Shown: piece by piece, positions 20,829 to 31,180 of the stretch
How positions within the stretch are numbered: the stretch's first letter is position 1
How the letters are laid out: the number at the start of each line of letters is the position of its first letter
Source: an uncultured Actinomycetota bacterium
Lineage (GTDB): Bacteria > Actinomycetota > Actinomycetes > Propionibacteriales > Nocardioidaceae
Assembly: GCA_963768905.1 (NCBI GenBank)
Contig: CAVYJQ010000009.1
Coordinates: 92,565-156,564 of the forward strand
Direction: 5' to 3'
DNA: 64,000 bases
Made by a program: the position numbers and the translations under genes
Notes under the pieces: generated by a model
Told to the model about the DNA's origin: nothing
Database searches by the model: none
Seen by the model: only the letters and a program-made list of their open reading frames with translations

Positions 20829-22289
20829 TCACGGCAGCGGGATGTCCAGTTCTACCCGGGTTCCGCCCGTCGGCAGCGGGCCGATCTGCAGCAGGCCACC
20901 CAGCTCCGACTCGACGAGAGTGCGGACGATCGACAGGCCGAGGCTTGTCGATCCGTCCAGCTCGAATCCTGCCGGCAGCCCGGCCCCGTCATCCTCGACG
21001 GTGACGTGCATCCGGCCGGCGAGGCGCTGAGCCCCCACGACGAGGTTGCCCGAGCCGCTGCCGAACCCGTGCTCCACGGCGTTCTGCAGCAGCTCGGTCA
21101 GCACCATCGCCATCGGCATCGCGACTTCGGGGCTGAGGGTCCCGAAAGACCCAACCCGTCGCGAGTCGACCTCGGTCGACGACGAGCTGACCTCGGCGAC
21201 CATCACCCGGAGCCGGTCGGCGACCTCGTCGAAGGCCACGCTCTCCTCCAGGGTCTGGCTCAACGTGTCGTGGACGATCGCGATCGACCCGACTCGCCGT
21301 ACCGCCTCCTCGAGCGCCGCACGGCCCTCGGGTACGTCGAGGCGACGGGCCTGAAGTCGCAGCAGCGCCGCGACCGTCTGCAGGTTGTTCTTCACCCGGT
21401 GGTGGATCTCGCGGATCGTGGCGTCCTTGGTGACCAGCTCGCGGTCCCGGCTGCGTAGGTCGGTCACGTCGCGGAGCAGGACCAGCGCGCCGATGTGGTC
21501 GCCGGTCGGCCGCAACGGGATCGAGCGGACGATGAGCACGGTCTCTCCGTCGCCGACCTCGGTGTCGCGTGGCATCTTGCCGCCGAGCACCGCACTGATC
21601 GTCTCCTCGTCCGGACGCCGTTTCACCGGCACCAGATGACGCGTGGTCTCGGCCAGGTCAAGGCCGGCCAGGTCGGTCTGCAGCCCGAGCCGGCGGTACA
21701 CCGAAAGCGCGTTCGGGCTGGCATAAGTGACCCGACCGGTCGCGTCGATTCGCACGAAGCCGTCGCCGACCCGCGGCGAGTCGGCGTGGTCGGAACGCTG
21801 CCCCGGGAACGGAAAGAAGCCGTTGCTGATCATCTGGGTCAGGTCGGTGGCGGTCTGCAGGTAGGAGAGCTCGAGGCGGCTGGGGGTCCGTACGCCGAGC
21901 AGGTTGGTGTTGCGGCCGATGACGCCGAGGATGCGGTCGCCCCTTCGTACCGGGATCGCCTCGACCCGCACCGGGATGTCGTCACGCCATTCCGGATCGC
22001 CCTCGCGCGCGACCCGCTGGTGCTCGAACGCCGAGTCGATGAGGTGGCGACGCCCCGTGGGGACGAAGGCGCCGACCAGGTCGTCGACGTACGCCGTGGG
22101 GCCCGTGGTCGGCCGCATCTGGGCTCCCGCCCAGTAGCCGCGGCCGTCGCGGTCCGGTAGCCACAGGACCAGATCCGCGAACGACAGGTCGGCGATGATC
22201 TGCCAGTCGGCCAGCAGCAGGTGCAGCCACACGAGGTCCTCGTCGTCGAGGTCGGTGTGGGCTCGCACGAGCTCGTTCAAGGACGGCAC
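20829..22289 (-). CDS. pdtaS: PAS/GAF sensor histidine kinase PdtaS
   Basis: ADLSFADL, EIHHRVKNNLQ, ELLQNAVEHG, DDGAG, SLGLSIV. Confidence 0.92.
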   Translation of the reverse strand: MPSLNELVRAHTDLDDEDLVWLHLLLADWQIIADLSFADLVLWLPDRDGRGYWAGAQMRPTTGPTAYVDDLVGAFVPTGRRHLIDSAFEHQRVAREGDPEWRDDIPVRVEAIPVRRGDRILGVIGRNTNLLGVRTPSRLELSYLQTATDLTQMISNGFFPFPGQRSDHADSPRVGDGFVRIDATGRVTYASPNALSVYRRLGLQTDLAGLDLAETTRHLVPVKRRPDEETISAVLGGKMPRDTEVGDGETVLIVRSIPLRPTGDHIGALVLLRDVTDLRSRDRELVTKDATIREIHHRVKNNLQTVAALLRLQARRLDVPEGRAALEEAVRRVGSIAIVHDTLSQTLEESVAFDEVADRLRVMVAEVSSSSTEVDSRRVGSFGTLSPEVAMPMAMVLTELLQNAVEHGFGSGSGNLVVGAQRLAGRMHVTVEDDGAGLPAGFELDGSTSLGLSIVRTLVESELGGLLQIGPLPTGGTRVELDIPLP

Positions 22290-22356
22290 ACAGCCCACCC
22301 TAGGGTGCCGAAACCCGGTTCCCCTGCGCACACGTCTCAATGGCAGGATGGCAGGC

Positions 22357-23193
22357 ATGGAGTCGGCGTTCTGGGACCGTGTCGTGGCCGAGGGCCACCG
22401 GGTTCCGACCGACCGGAGTCTCGCCGACCTCACGGCCGAGCTGACCGCCATGTTGGGCGATCCCGACCCGTACCGTCGTGACTCCATCGCGTACGCCGTA
22501 CTCGCGACGTGGGTGGCCGAGGGTGTGTACGACGACCTGCTCCAAGGGCTTGGAGACGGGATGACCTCGGGCCTGCTCGTCGGCATCGGCGACGACGGCA
22601 CGGACACTGTCTTCCGGCGGAGCTTCTCCGCCCTGCTCCTGGCCGTGATCGTCGGCCGCGACAACGGTCAGCACATCCTCTCCCCGGACACGCTGCTGAC
22701 CTGGGGCGACCGGATGGCGGGCTGGCTGACCCGCGAGCGGGACCTCCGCGGCTACGTGCCCGGCAAGGGGTGGGCGCACGCCCTCGCGCACGGTGCGGAT
22801 GCCCTCGGCACACTGGCCGAGTCCCAGGCGATGGGCCGACTGGAGCTGACCGTGCTCCTCGACGTGATCGCCGACCGGTTGCTCTCCCCCACTCATCACC
22901 GGCTGCGGCACGGCGAGGACGACCGGCTGGCCCGGGCCACACTGTCGATCCTGCGACGCAACCTGGTCGACCAGCACGTCCTGGAGACGTGGCTCGCCCG
23001 GCTCGGAGCGTCGGCGTCCCCAGCCCATGACAGCGACACCGACCCGTACCGGGTGACCGGCAACGTGCAGTCGTTCCTGCGGGCGTTGTACCTGCAGCTG
23101 GCCCTGGCCCCCAACCCGCCGGCTCACCGCGCCGACCTGCTGCTCACCGTGATCGAGCAGCTCCGTGCGTCCAACCCACACTTCCGGGCCTGA
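22357..23193 (+). CDS. DUF2785-like protein
   Basis: VFRRSFSAL, ERDLRGYVPGKGWAHALAHGAD, GEDDRLA. Confidence 0.85.
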   Translation: MESAFWDRVVAEGHRVPTDRSLADLTAELTAMLGDPDPYRRDSIAYAVLATWVAEGVYDDLLQGLGDGMTSGLLVGIGDDGTDTVFRRSFSALLLAVIVGRDNGQHILSPDTLLTWGDRMAGWLTRERDLRGYVPGKGWAHALAHGADALGTLAESQAMGRLELTVLLDVIADRLLSPTHHRLRHGEDDRLARATLSILRRNLVDQHVLETWLARLGASASPAHDSDTDPYRVTGNVQSFLRALYLQLALAPNPPAHRADLLLTVIEQLRASNPHFRA

Positions 23194-23330
23194 CACGGAG
23201 GGTTTGCGACCGTCCACCGCACGGTTGTGACCGCTGGACCGACCGCGATGACCGCACCGCGGATTGGGGCCGCCGATGGGGACAAGGTGCTCGTAAGGTC
23301 GCCTACACCCCTATCTCGGAGGAATCACGC

Positions 23331-23594
23331 ATGTCAGACACGCAACCCCACCTCGGCACCCGGCGGGTGTGGACCGTCATCGGTCTGCTGCTCGGCGTCG
23401 GTGTCGTCGTGCCGCTGCTGGTCGGGACCTACGACAAGGCAGGTCCCGAGCTGGGCGGCTTCCCGTTCTTCTACTGGTACCAGTTCCTGCTCATCCCGAT
23501 CGTCTCGGGGCTGACCTACGTCGCGTTCCGGCTCAGCCAGGGCGCGACCGAGCGTGACCGCCGGGCCATGGGCATCACGAAGTCGAAGCCGTGA
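23331..23594 (+). CDS. DUF3311-type small membrane partner of the solute symporter
   Basis: PELGGFPFFYWYQ. Overlaps the symporter start. Confidence 0.88.
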   Translation: MSDTQPHLGTRRVWTVIGLLLGVGVVVPLLVGTYDKAGPELGGFPFFYWYQFLLIPIVSGLTYVAFRLSQGATERDRRAMGITKSKP

Positions 23595-25246
23595 ACGGCG
23601 TCAACGGCGTCGAGCTCGCCGTCTTCTTGTTCTTCTTCGTGCTCGTCACCGTCATGGGCTTCATGGCCTCGCGGTGGCGGCGCGCCGACTCGCTGGAAAG
23701 CCTCGACGAGTGGGGCCTCGGAGGCCGCGGCTTCGGAACCTTCGTGTCGTGGTTCCTCATCGGCGGCGACATCTACACCGCCTACACCTTCGTCGCTGTT
23801 CCGGCCCTGCTCTACGCCGGCAGCATGGTCGGGTTCTTCGCCGTGCCCTACACGATCATCCTGTACCCGATCATCTTCGTGTTCCTGCCGCGCCTGTGGT
23901 CGGTCTCGCACCGACACGGCTACGTGACGCCGGCGGACTTCATCCGCGGCCGGTACGACTCGAAACCCCTCGCCCTCGCGGTTGCCGTGACCGGCATTCT
24001 CGCCACGATGCCCTACATCGCCCTGCAGCTCGTCGGGATCCAAGTGGTCCTCGAGGTGATGGGGATCGGTGGCCGCGGTGACTCGTGGCTGGCCAAGGAC
24101 CTCCCGCTGCTGATCGCGTTCGGCGTGCTCGCGGCGTACACCTACGCCTCCGGGCTCCGCGCCCCGGCGCTGATCGCGTTCGTCAAGGACACGTTGATCT
24201 ACGTGGTGATCATCGTCGCGGTGCTCTACATCCCGGCACAGCTCGGTGGCTGGGACGTGGTGTTCGGCTCCGCCAAGGACTCCTTCGACGCCTTCAACGC
24301 CGAGAACGCCGACGCGATCGCCGCGGGCGAGGCGGCTCCGAAGGGCATCCTGCCGGTGCAGCCGCTGCACTGGGCCTACGCCTCGCTGGCGCTTGGCTCG
24401 GCGCTCGCGTTGTTCATGTACCCGCACTCCCTCACCGGCGTGCTGGCGTCCAAGAACCGCTCCGTGATCCGGCGCAACGCGGCGTTCCTGCCGGCGTACT
24501 CGTTCCTGCTCGGCCTGCTCGCGCTGCTCGGCTTCATGGCGATCGCAGCGAGCATCCAGGTCGACAACGCCCAGCTCGCCGTACCCGAACTGCTCCGGCA
24601 GATGTTCCCGCCGTGGTTCGCGGGCGTGGCCTTCGCCGCGATCGGCATCGGCGCTCTGGTGCCGGCGGCGATCATGTCGATCGCTGCCGCGAACCTGTGG
24701 ACGCGAAACATCTACAAGGCGTTCATCAACCACGACGCGACACCGGCCCAGGAGGCACGGCAGAGCAAGCTGATGTCGCTGGTGGTGAAGTTCGGCGCGC
24801 TCTTCTTCGTGCTCGGCCTGCCGAGTGACTTCGCGATCAACCTGCAGCTGCTGGGCGGGGTTTGGATCCTGCAGACCTTCCCCTCGATCGTGATCGGCCT
24901 GTACACGCGCTGGATGCACCGGTGGGCCCTGTTCGCCGGGTGGGCTGTCGGCATGCTCTATGGCACCTGGACCGCGTACGTGCAGCCGTCGATCGGCGAT
25001 CCGGGCAGCCACTTCGGCAGCCCGCTCGCGACCGTTCCGTTCACAGATACCAAGGGGTACATCGCACTCACGGCATTCGTGCTGAACCTGCTCGTTGCGG
25101 TCGCCCTGACGTGGCTGCTGAACGCGCTGAAGGTTTCCGGCGGGGCGGACCACACGACGCCGAGCGACTACCTCGCGGACGACGGGGACGCAGGGGTCGA
25201 GGAGCTCGAACTCGACGTGACGAAGGCGGAGTCCGCAGTCCGCTAG
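23591..25246 (+). CDS. Sodium:solute symporter (MctP-like monocarboxylate permease)
   Basis: EWGLGGRGFG, GGDIYTAYTF, ATMPYIALQL, GALVPAAIMSI. Confidence 0.92.
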   Translation: MNGVNGVELAVFLFFFVLVTVMGFMASRWRRADSLESLDEWGLGGRGFGTFVSWFLIGGDIYTAYTFVAVPALLYAGSMVGFFAVPYTIILYPIIFVFLPRLWSVSHRHGYVTPADFIRGRYDSKPLALAVAVTGILATMPYIALQLVGIQVVLEVMGIGGRGDSWLAKDLPLLIAFGVLAAYTYASGLRAPALIAFVKDTLIYVVIIVAVLYIPAQLGGWDVVFGSAKDSFDAFNAENADAIAAGEAAPKGILPVQPLHWAYASLALGSALALFMYPHSLTGVLASKNRSVIRRNAAFLPAYSFLLGLLALLGFMAIAASIQVDNAQLAVPELLRQMFPPWFAGVAFAAIGIGALVPAAIMSIAAANLWTRNIYKAFINHDATPAQEARQSKLMSLVVKFGALFFVLGLPSDFAINLQLLGGVWILQTFPSIVIGLYTRWMHRWALFAGWAVGMLYGTWTAYVQPSIGDPGSHFGSPLATVPFTDTKGYIALTAFVLNLLVAVALTWLLNALKVSGGADHTTPSDYLADDGDAGVEELELDVTKAESAVR

Positions 25247-25275
25247 CTGCGCTGTCGGCTCGCGGGCCCGGTCGG

Positions 25276-25307
25276 GCGGGCAGGCTACCCGTTGGTAGCC
25301 TGCCCGC
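25276..25307. promoter_or_regulatory. Perfect 14-bp inverted repeat: terminator-like, containing a TAGCCT -10 and ending at the next ATG
   Basis: gcgggcaggctacc-cgtt-ggtagcctgcccgc, then ATG at 25308. Confidence 0.65.
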
Positions 25308-27012
25308 ATGACCGACGTCACACAGTCCCCCGACGCGCTTGAGTCAGCCATCGCGGACGACGCCCCGGACCGAGGCGCACGGCGGAGAGCACGCCGTCGC
25401 GGTGGCCGCAGCCCATGGGGTCGACACGATGTTCACCCTCTCCGGCGCGCACGTGTTCCCGATGTACGACGGCGCCGTGCACGCCGACCCGCCGATGCGG
25501 ATCCTCGACGTGCGCCACGAGCAGACGGCCGTCTTCGCCGCGGAGGCGCTCGGCAAGCTGACCCGAGTGCCGGGCCTCGCCGTGCTGACGGCCGGCCCGG
25601 GGGTCACCAACGGGGTCAGCCCGATCACCCAGGCGTCGTTCAGCGGCTCGCCGCTCGTCGTGATCGGCGGCCGCGCGCCGGCGAGCAAGTGGGGCATGGG
25701 CAGCCTCCAGGAGTTCGACCACCCGCCGCTGCTCTCGTCGGTCACCAAGCTCGCCACGACGGTCCACCGCGTCGACGGGATCGCGGCGGCGGTCGACGAA
25801 GCGTTCACCGTGGCCGGGTCGTCGCACCGCGGCCCGACGTTCCTCGACGTACCGATGGACCAGTTCTTCGACAAGTCCGCCGTCGAGCGTCCCGCCACCG
25901 GCACGCCCACGCGGATCGAGCCGGACGGCGACGCGCTCGCCGAGATCGGCGCCATGCTCGCCGAGGCGCAGCGCCCGGTGCTGATCATCGGCACCGACGT
26001 CTGGGCCGACGGCGCGGAGCAGGCAGCGCTGCGGTTCGTCGAGGAGGCCGGCGTCCCGACGATCACCAACGGGATGGGACGCGGCGTCATCCCCGGCGGC
26101 CACCCGCTGCTGATGACGAAGGCCCGTGGCAAGGCCCTGGGCACCTGCGACCTGGCGATCGTCGTCGGCACGCCCCTCGACTTCCGGCTCGGGTACGGCG
26201 CCTTCGGTGGCCGCGACGGCGCCCCCGCGGCACGGGTCGTGCACCTCGCCGACTCCCCCGCTCAGGTCTCGGGCCACGCGAACCTCGCGGCGTCGGCCTC
26301 GGGCGACCTCACGGCCGTGTTCGACGGCCTGCAGGCCGCGGTGGAGCAGCAGCTCCGCAAGCCCGACTGGTCGTCGTGGGTCGCCGAGCTCCGCACGGAC
26401 GTCGCGGCGGCCGTCGAGCGCGACACCGCGCTGCTGGCCTCGGAGGCCGACCCGATCCACCCGGCCCGGATCTACGGCGAGCTCGTCCCCCGGCTCGCCG
26501 ACGATGCCGTGGTCATCGGCGACGGCGGCGACTTCGTGTCGTTCGCGGGCAAGTACGTCGAGCCGAAGCGCCCCGGCGGCTGGCTCGACCCGGGTCCGTA
26601 CGGCTGCCTCGGTGCCGGCCTCGGAGCGGCCATCGCCGCGCGCATCGCCCGCCCGTCGTCCCAAGTGGTGCTGCTCCTCGGTGACGGCGCGGCCGGCATG
26701 TCACTGATGGACGTCGACACGTTGGTCCGCCACGACCTGCCCGTGGTGATGATCTGCGGCAACAACTCCGCGTGGGGCCTGGAGAAGCAGCCGATGCAGA
26801 TGCTCTACGGGTACGACGTGGCGGCCGACCTTGCGCCGCAAACCCGGTACGACGAGGTCGTGAAGGCTCTGGGTGGCGGCGGCGAGACGGTCACCGACCC
26901 GACCCAGATCGGGGCCGCGATCGACCGCGCGTTCGCCGCGAACACGCCGTACCTCGTCAACGTCATCACCGACGTCAACGCCGTCTACCCGCGCGCGACG
27001 TTCGGAGTCTGA
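25308..27012 (+). CDS. ThDP-dependent acetolactate synthase-like protein (IlvG-like; probable +1 frameshift near 5' end)
   Basis: DVRHEQTA, TAGPGVTN, DPGPYGCLG, GDGAAGMS..NN. ATG at 25308 is one frame off ORF 25339..27012. Confidence 0.9.
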
Positions 27013-27500
27013 TGGCGCTGGTCGTGCGCGAGGCCCGGCCGACCGAGTACGAGGCGGTCGGGCAGGTCACGGTCGAGGCGTATGTGTCGAGCGGGCACAT
27101 CCTCGCGACTGACTTCTACGCCGCCCACCTGCAGGACGCGGGGGCGCGGGCACGGGACGCGGAGCTTCTGGTGGCCGAGCTGGACGGCACCGTGGTCGGC
27201 ACCGTGACGTTCTGCCCGCAGGGCTCGCCGTACGCCGAGGTCGCGGGACCCGGCGAGGGTGAGTTCCGGATGCTGGCCGTGGCCCCCGCCGGTCGGCGTC
27301 AGGGTGTCGCCGATGCGCTGGTCCGGGCGTGCCTCGACCGGTCGCGCGCGCTCGGCTACGGCGCGGTCGTGCTCAGCACGATGCCCGTGCAGGTGGAGGC
27401 GCAGCGGCTGTACGAGCGACTCGGGTTCCGACGTACACCGGAGAAGGACTGGTCGCCGGCGCCTGGTGTGCAGCTGATCGGCTTCCGCCTCGACCTCTAG
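27012..27500 (+). CDS. GNAT N-acetyltransferase
   Basis: FRMLAVAPAGRRQGVA, AQRLYERLGF. Confidence 0.9.
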   Translation: MALVVREARPTEYEAVGQVTVEAYVSSGHILATDFYAAHLQDAGARARDAELLVAELDGTVVGTVTFCPQGSPYAEVAGPGEGEFRMLAVAPAGRRQGVADALVRACLDRSRALGYGAVVLSTMPVQVEAQRLYERLGFRRTPEKDWSPAPGVQLIGFRLDL

Positions 27501-27549
27501 CCGCGTTTGTCCCTGTGGCGGGGTCGAGTCGCAGATAAGGTCCCCGAGC

Positions 27550-28279
27550 ATGGACATGCTCGATGAGCCCGAAGATCGCCGAGGCCAAGCTGACCGACTG
27601 GCGCAAGTTGGCCCAGGGACTGCACGCCCGCTACCTGGTCGACGACTTCGGCACCGGAGCTCGGTTCGTCGCCGCGGTCGGCGAGGCGGGGGACGCGCTC
27701 GGACACCACCCGAGCGTGTCGATCGGCCCTGGGTACGTCGACCTCAAGCTGGTCACGGCCGACGCCATCTACCGCGACGACGAGGGCACCGAACACGTCG
27801 TCGAATGGGTGACCCAGCAGGACGTCGACCTCGCGCGACGGATCACCGGCATCGCCGCCGACCACGGGCTCGAGGCGGACCCGGCCTCGGTCAGCGTCAT
27901 CGAGCTCGGCCTCGACACGGCGCAGTCCGCGACCATCGCCCCGGTGTGGGCCGCCCTGCTGACCGGGAACGCCGACGCTCAGGGCCACGGCTCCCCCAGC
28001 GACGAGGTCCGGGACGCCACGGGCCGTGTGCCGAACCTGTGGTTCGGCGACGCCGACGAGCACGAGAGCCCGCGTCAGCGGTTCCACGTCGAGGTCTACG
28101 TGGCGCCCGAGGTCGCCGAGCAACGAATCGCCGCCGCCGTCGCCGCGGGCGGGACCGTCGTCGACGACAGCGACGCGCCGTCGCTCATCGTGATCGCCGA
28201 CCAGGACGGCAACAAGGGCAGTCCTCTGCGTCGCCCAGTCTCCCCGCGACGCAGGACTGAGCAACCGGCAGGGAGCTAA
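27550..28279 (+). CDS. Pterin-4a-carbinolamine dehydratase / VOC fusion protein (probable indels at both ends)
   Basis: WRKLAQGLHARY, GHHP, QRFHVEV, ADQDGNK. Confidence 0.8.
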
Positions 28280-28308
28280 CAGCTGGACACACCCAGTAGG
28301 TTCCGGCG

Positions 28309-28819
28309 GTGACCGCAGCTCGGTTGATCGCCACCACTCCGGAGGCCCTCTGGCTTCCTCCGGGCAGCTCCGCCGAGGTTTGGGCCGGTGCGGACTGCGC
28401 TTCGCCCGAGCCGGCGATCATCGTCCGGTTGCTGCTGCCCCGGCGGAATATCTCCGGGCAGCTCGGCGTTCTTCTGCGTGCCGACCGCGAGGGGTCTTGA
28501 CCTCCCCACTCGATTTCTCGGCCACGAGTCCGAGCGTGAGCGGGCCTCCGACGGTCTGGCCCGCCTCGTTTACGACGTGCTGGGGCACAGCGAGGTCACG
28601 ACCCGCTGTGTGGGATTCGTGCGCAACGTCGTTCCCGACCCGGACGCCGAGTACCCGCACCCGACGCCATGGGCGCACGTACCGGTGTTCGTCGCTGTGG
28701 ACGACGTACCGCCGATCGTCGACGGCGAGTGGGTCACGGTCGGCCGCGGGCGGGCCGAGCTGACGTCGCGGCACTGGTGGCCGATCGTCGAGCACTACCT
28801 GACGACGATCGCCGCGTAG
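28309..28819 (+). CDS. Hypothetical, possibly NUDIX-like protein (apparent frameshift near 28468)
   Basis: ORF 28309..28500 N-terminus joins ORF 28388..28819 (FFCVPTARGLDLPT..GFVRNVV..YPHPTPWAHVPVF..RHWWP). Confidence 0.55.
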
Positions 28820-28830
28820 TGCCAGGTGCC

Positions 28831-29206
28831 TCAGAGGCGGGACGAGGAACCGCTCGCGGTCGACGAGGACCCGGGTGACCTCGCCGTGGCCGACCACCTT
28901 CTCGTCGTCGGCGTGCACCGCGACGACCTCGAAGCGCACCAGCCGGCCGTCGACGTACACGAGGTTGGCGGTCACCCGCACGACCGCACCAACCGGGCTG
29001 GCACCGACGTGGTCGAGCTGGACCCGCGTCCCGACGCTGGTGCGCTCGTCGGTCAGCTCGGGCGCGAGCGCGAGGCAGGTTGCCTCCTCGGCCCAGGCGA
29101 GCAGCCGGGGAGTGGCGAGCACCTGTAGGTCCCCCGACCCGAGGGCGGCGGCGGTGTCGTCGGCGGTGACGGTGTGCTCGAGGGTGGCGTTCAGTCCGGT
29201 CTGCAT
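28831..29206 (-). CDS. Thioesterase (FlK-like hot-dog fold; +1 indel near 3' end)
   Basis: LGSGDLQVLATP, SVGTRVQLDH..ASPVG, DRERFL. Removing one base gives SRL* at 28831. Confidence 0.85.
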
Positions 29207-29319
29207 GGGCCCATCCTGCCGCCCCGATTGGCCGAAGCCGCCGCCGACCTGAGAGAATGGGTATGCCTCGCGCCGACTGGCCGAGGTCGTTCACTGTTCA
29301 GGACGTTGAGGAGGACACC

Positions 29320-29394
29320 ATGGGAAAGACCGGCCGCAAGCGCCGCGCCCGCAAGAAGAAGGGCGCCAACCACGGTAAGCGCCCCAACGCCTGA
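29320..29394 (+). CDS. 50S ribosomal protein bL37 (24 aa, absent from ORF track)
   Basis: MGKTGRKRRARKKKGANHGKRPNA*, GAGGAGG RBS, convergent with rsrA. Confidence 0.92.
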   Translation: MGKTGRKRRARKKKGANHGKRPNA

Positions 29395-29421
29395 TCCCAG
29401 GCGTTCTTGCGCGCATCACGC

Positions 29422-29473
29422 GCAGACAACAAGGACCCCCGAGCCGTACGGCTGGGGGTCCTTTGCTGTCTGC
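29422..29473. terminator. Bidirectional hairpin between bL37 and rsrA
   Basis: gcagacaacaaggaccccc-gagccgtacggct-gggggtcctttgctgtctgc. Confidence 0.75.
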
Positions 29474-29755
29474 TTACTCCGTGGTGCGGATGTCCGTGGT
29501 GATCTCCATGTGCACGGAGTGGATCCGGTGCAGGACCTTGTCGCGGAGGCCGTCCGGCGCATGCTCGGTGCAGGACCTCGCGACCAGCGACTTCACAGTG
29601 CGCTCGAGGTCGTACTTCTGCAGGCAGGGCCCGCACTCCTCGAGGTGCTGCTCGATGTCGAGGCAGTCGGCATCGGCGAGCTCGTTGTCGATGAAGTAGA
29701 AGACTCGTTTGAGGACTTCGGAACAGTCCGTGTCGTGGTGCTTACCGCAGCTCAT
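29474..29755 (-). CDS. rsrA: Zinc anti-sigma factor RsrA/RshA
   Basis: [11 protein letters not shown] motif. Coupled to sigR. Confidence 0.92.
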   Translation of the reverse strand: MSCGKHHDTDCSEVLKRVFYFIDNELADADCLDIEQHLEECGPCLQKYDLERTVKSLVARSCTEHAPDGLRDKVLHRIHSVHMEITTDIRTTE

Positions 29756-30381
29756 GCGTCCGCCCCCTTCGACGTGCCGGCTCCGGCGGCGCTGAGTCCG
29801 CGCTGTCGTGCGTAGTCCGAGAGCATCTCGCGCAGCTGGCGCCGTCCACGGTGCAGCCGCGACATCACGGTGCCGATTGGCGTGTCCATGATCTCTGCGA
29901 TCTCCTTGTACGGGAATCCCTCGACGTCGGCGAGGTAGACCGCAAGCCTGAAGTCCTCGGGCAGGTTCTGAAGGGCGTCCTTCACGTCGCTGTCCGGCAG
30001 GTGATCGAGTGCCTCCGTCTCGGCCGACTTCAGGCCGGAGGAGGTGTGCGACTCGGCGCGCGCGAGCTGCCAGTCTTCGATGTCCTCACTCATCGACTGT
30101 TGCGGCTCACGCTGCTTCTTGCGGTAGGTGTTGATGAAGGTGTTGGTGAGGATGCGGTACAGCCAGGCCTTGAGGTTCGTGCCGGGCTTGAACTGATGGA
30201 ACGCGGCGTAGGCCTTGGCGAACGTCTCCTGGACGAGGTCCTCAGCGTCCGAGGGGTTGCGCGTCATCCGCATGGCCGCGGAGTAGAGCTGGTCGAGGAA
30301 AGGCATGGCGTCACGCTCAAAGCGTGCCGATCGCTCCTCGTCGGTCTCCGTCGCCGGATCCGGGGTGTGCTGGTCAGTCAT
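29752..30381 (-). CDS. sigR: ECF sigma factor SigR (SigH)
   Basis: [42 protein letters not shown]. Confidence 0.93.
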   Translation of the reverse strand: MTDQHTPDPATETDEERSARFERDAMPFLDQLYSAAMRMTRNPSDAEDLVQETFAKAYAAFHQFKPGTNLKAWLYRILTNTFINTYRKKQREPQQSMSEDIEDWQLARAESHTSSGLKSAETEALDHLPDSDVKDALQNLPEDFRLAVYLADVEGFPYKEIAEIMDTPIGTVMSRLHRGRRQLREMLSDYARQRGLSAAGAGTSKGADA

Positions 30382-30532
30382 TGCCACCCAGCCTACCGGG
30401 AGGGTTGGATACGTCGGCCTGGCGGACGGCTCCGCGCCGCGATCGCAGGTCATCGTTCCAGCCACACCCAGCTCCGTTCCCCAGACTCAGCCACCGCGGG
30501 CGTTGTCCACGCGGGGCAGCAGTCAGAACGCC

Positions 30533-31180
30533 TCAGGACACGGATCGATTCCCGACCACGTCACGAACCACCCATTCGAGGGTTGCCTCGACGATGATCG
30601 CGAGCGCGTCGTCCTGAGACAGGGCAGCGCGCTTCGGCACCCGGAACCCGTGATCGGCCTCCGGGACGACGGTCATCTCGTACTGGTCGGGGAACTCCTC
30701 GGGGGTCCCGAACGTGTCCCGCTCCCCCTGGATGACCAGGATCGGCAGCCCGACCGCCTCCAGCTCCCCCAGCCGCGACCGCTCCGGCTTCCCCGGAGGA
30801 TGGAGAGGGAACGCCAGCGCCAGACACGCCGTCGCCCCGAGGCGGCCCGCGGTACGCGCGGCCGATCGGGCACCGGCGCTGCGACCACCCACGATCATCG
30901 GCGTCCGCACCCGCAGGTGGTCGGCCGCAGCGACGAAGCACTCGTCCAGCACCTGCGGGCGTGGAGCGATCTTCTTGCCGGCGACCCGCCAGGGCTGCTC
31001 GACCCGGACGACGGAGATCCCGTTGCGGGGCAGCTCCTCCGCCAGGGCTGCGAGGTCGCGCGACTCCACGCCCCCGCCGGCACCATGCCCGATCAGCAGG
31101 GTGGCGAACGGGCTCCGAGCCCGGTCCTTCACCAGGCGGGCGTCCCCGTGAGGCGTCGGTACGACGCTGACGTCGCTCAC
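30533..31180 (-). CDS. Alpha/beta hydrolase
   Basis: GHGAGGG, GGRSAGAR, FPLHPPGKP, QGERDTFG, ADH. Confidence 0.88.
   Translation of the reverse strand: MSDVSVVPTPHGDARLVKDRARSPFATLLIGHGAGGGVESRDLAALAEELPRNGISVVRVEQPWRVAGKKIAPRPQVLDECFVAAADHLRVRTPMIVGGRSAGARSAARTAGRLGATACLALAFPLHPPGKPERSRLGELEAVGLPILVIQGERDTFGTPEEFPDQYEMTVVPEADHGFRVPKRAALSQDDALAIIVEATLEWVVRDVVGNRSVS

Noticed and set aside
30381-30530. SigR autoregulatory promoter
   Set aside because: GGAAC half-sites are present, but I found no correctly spaced GTT.
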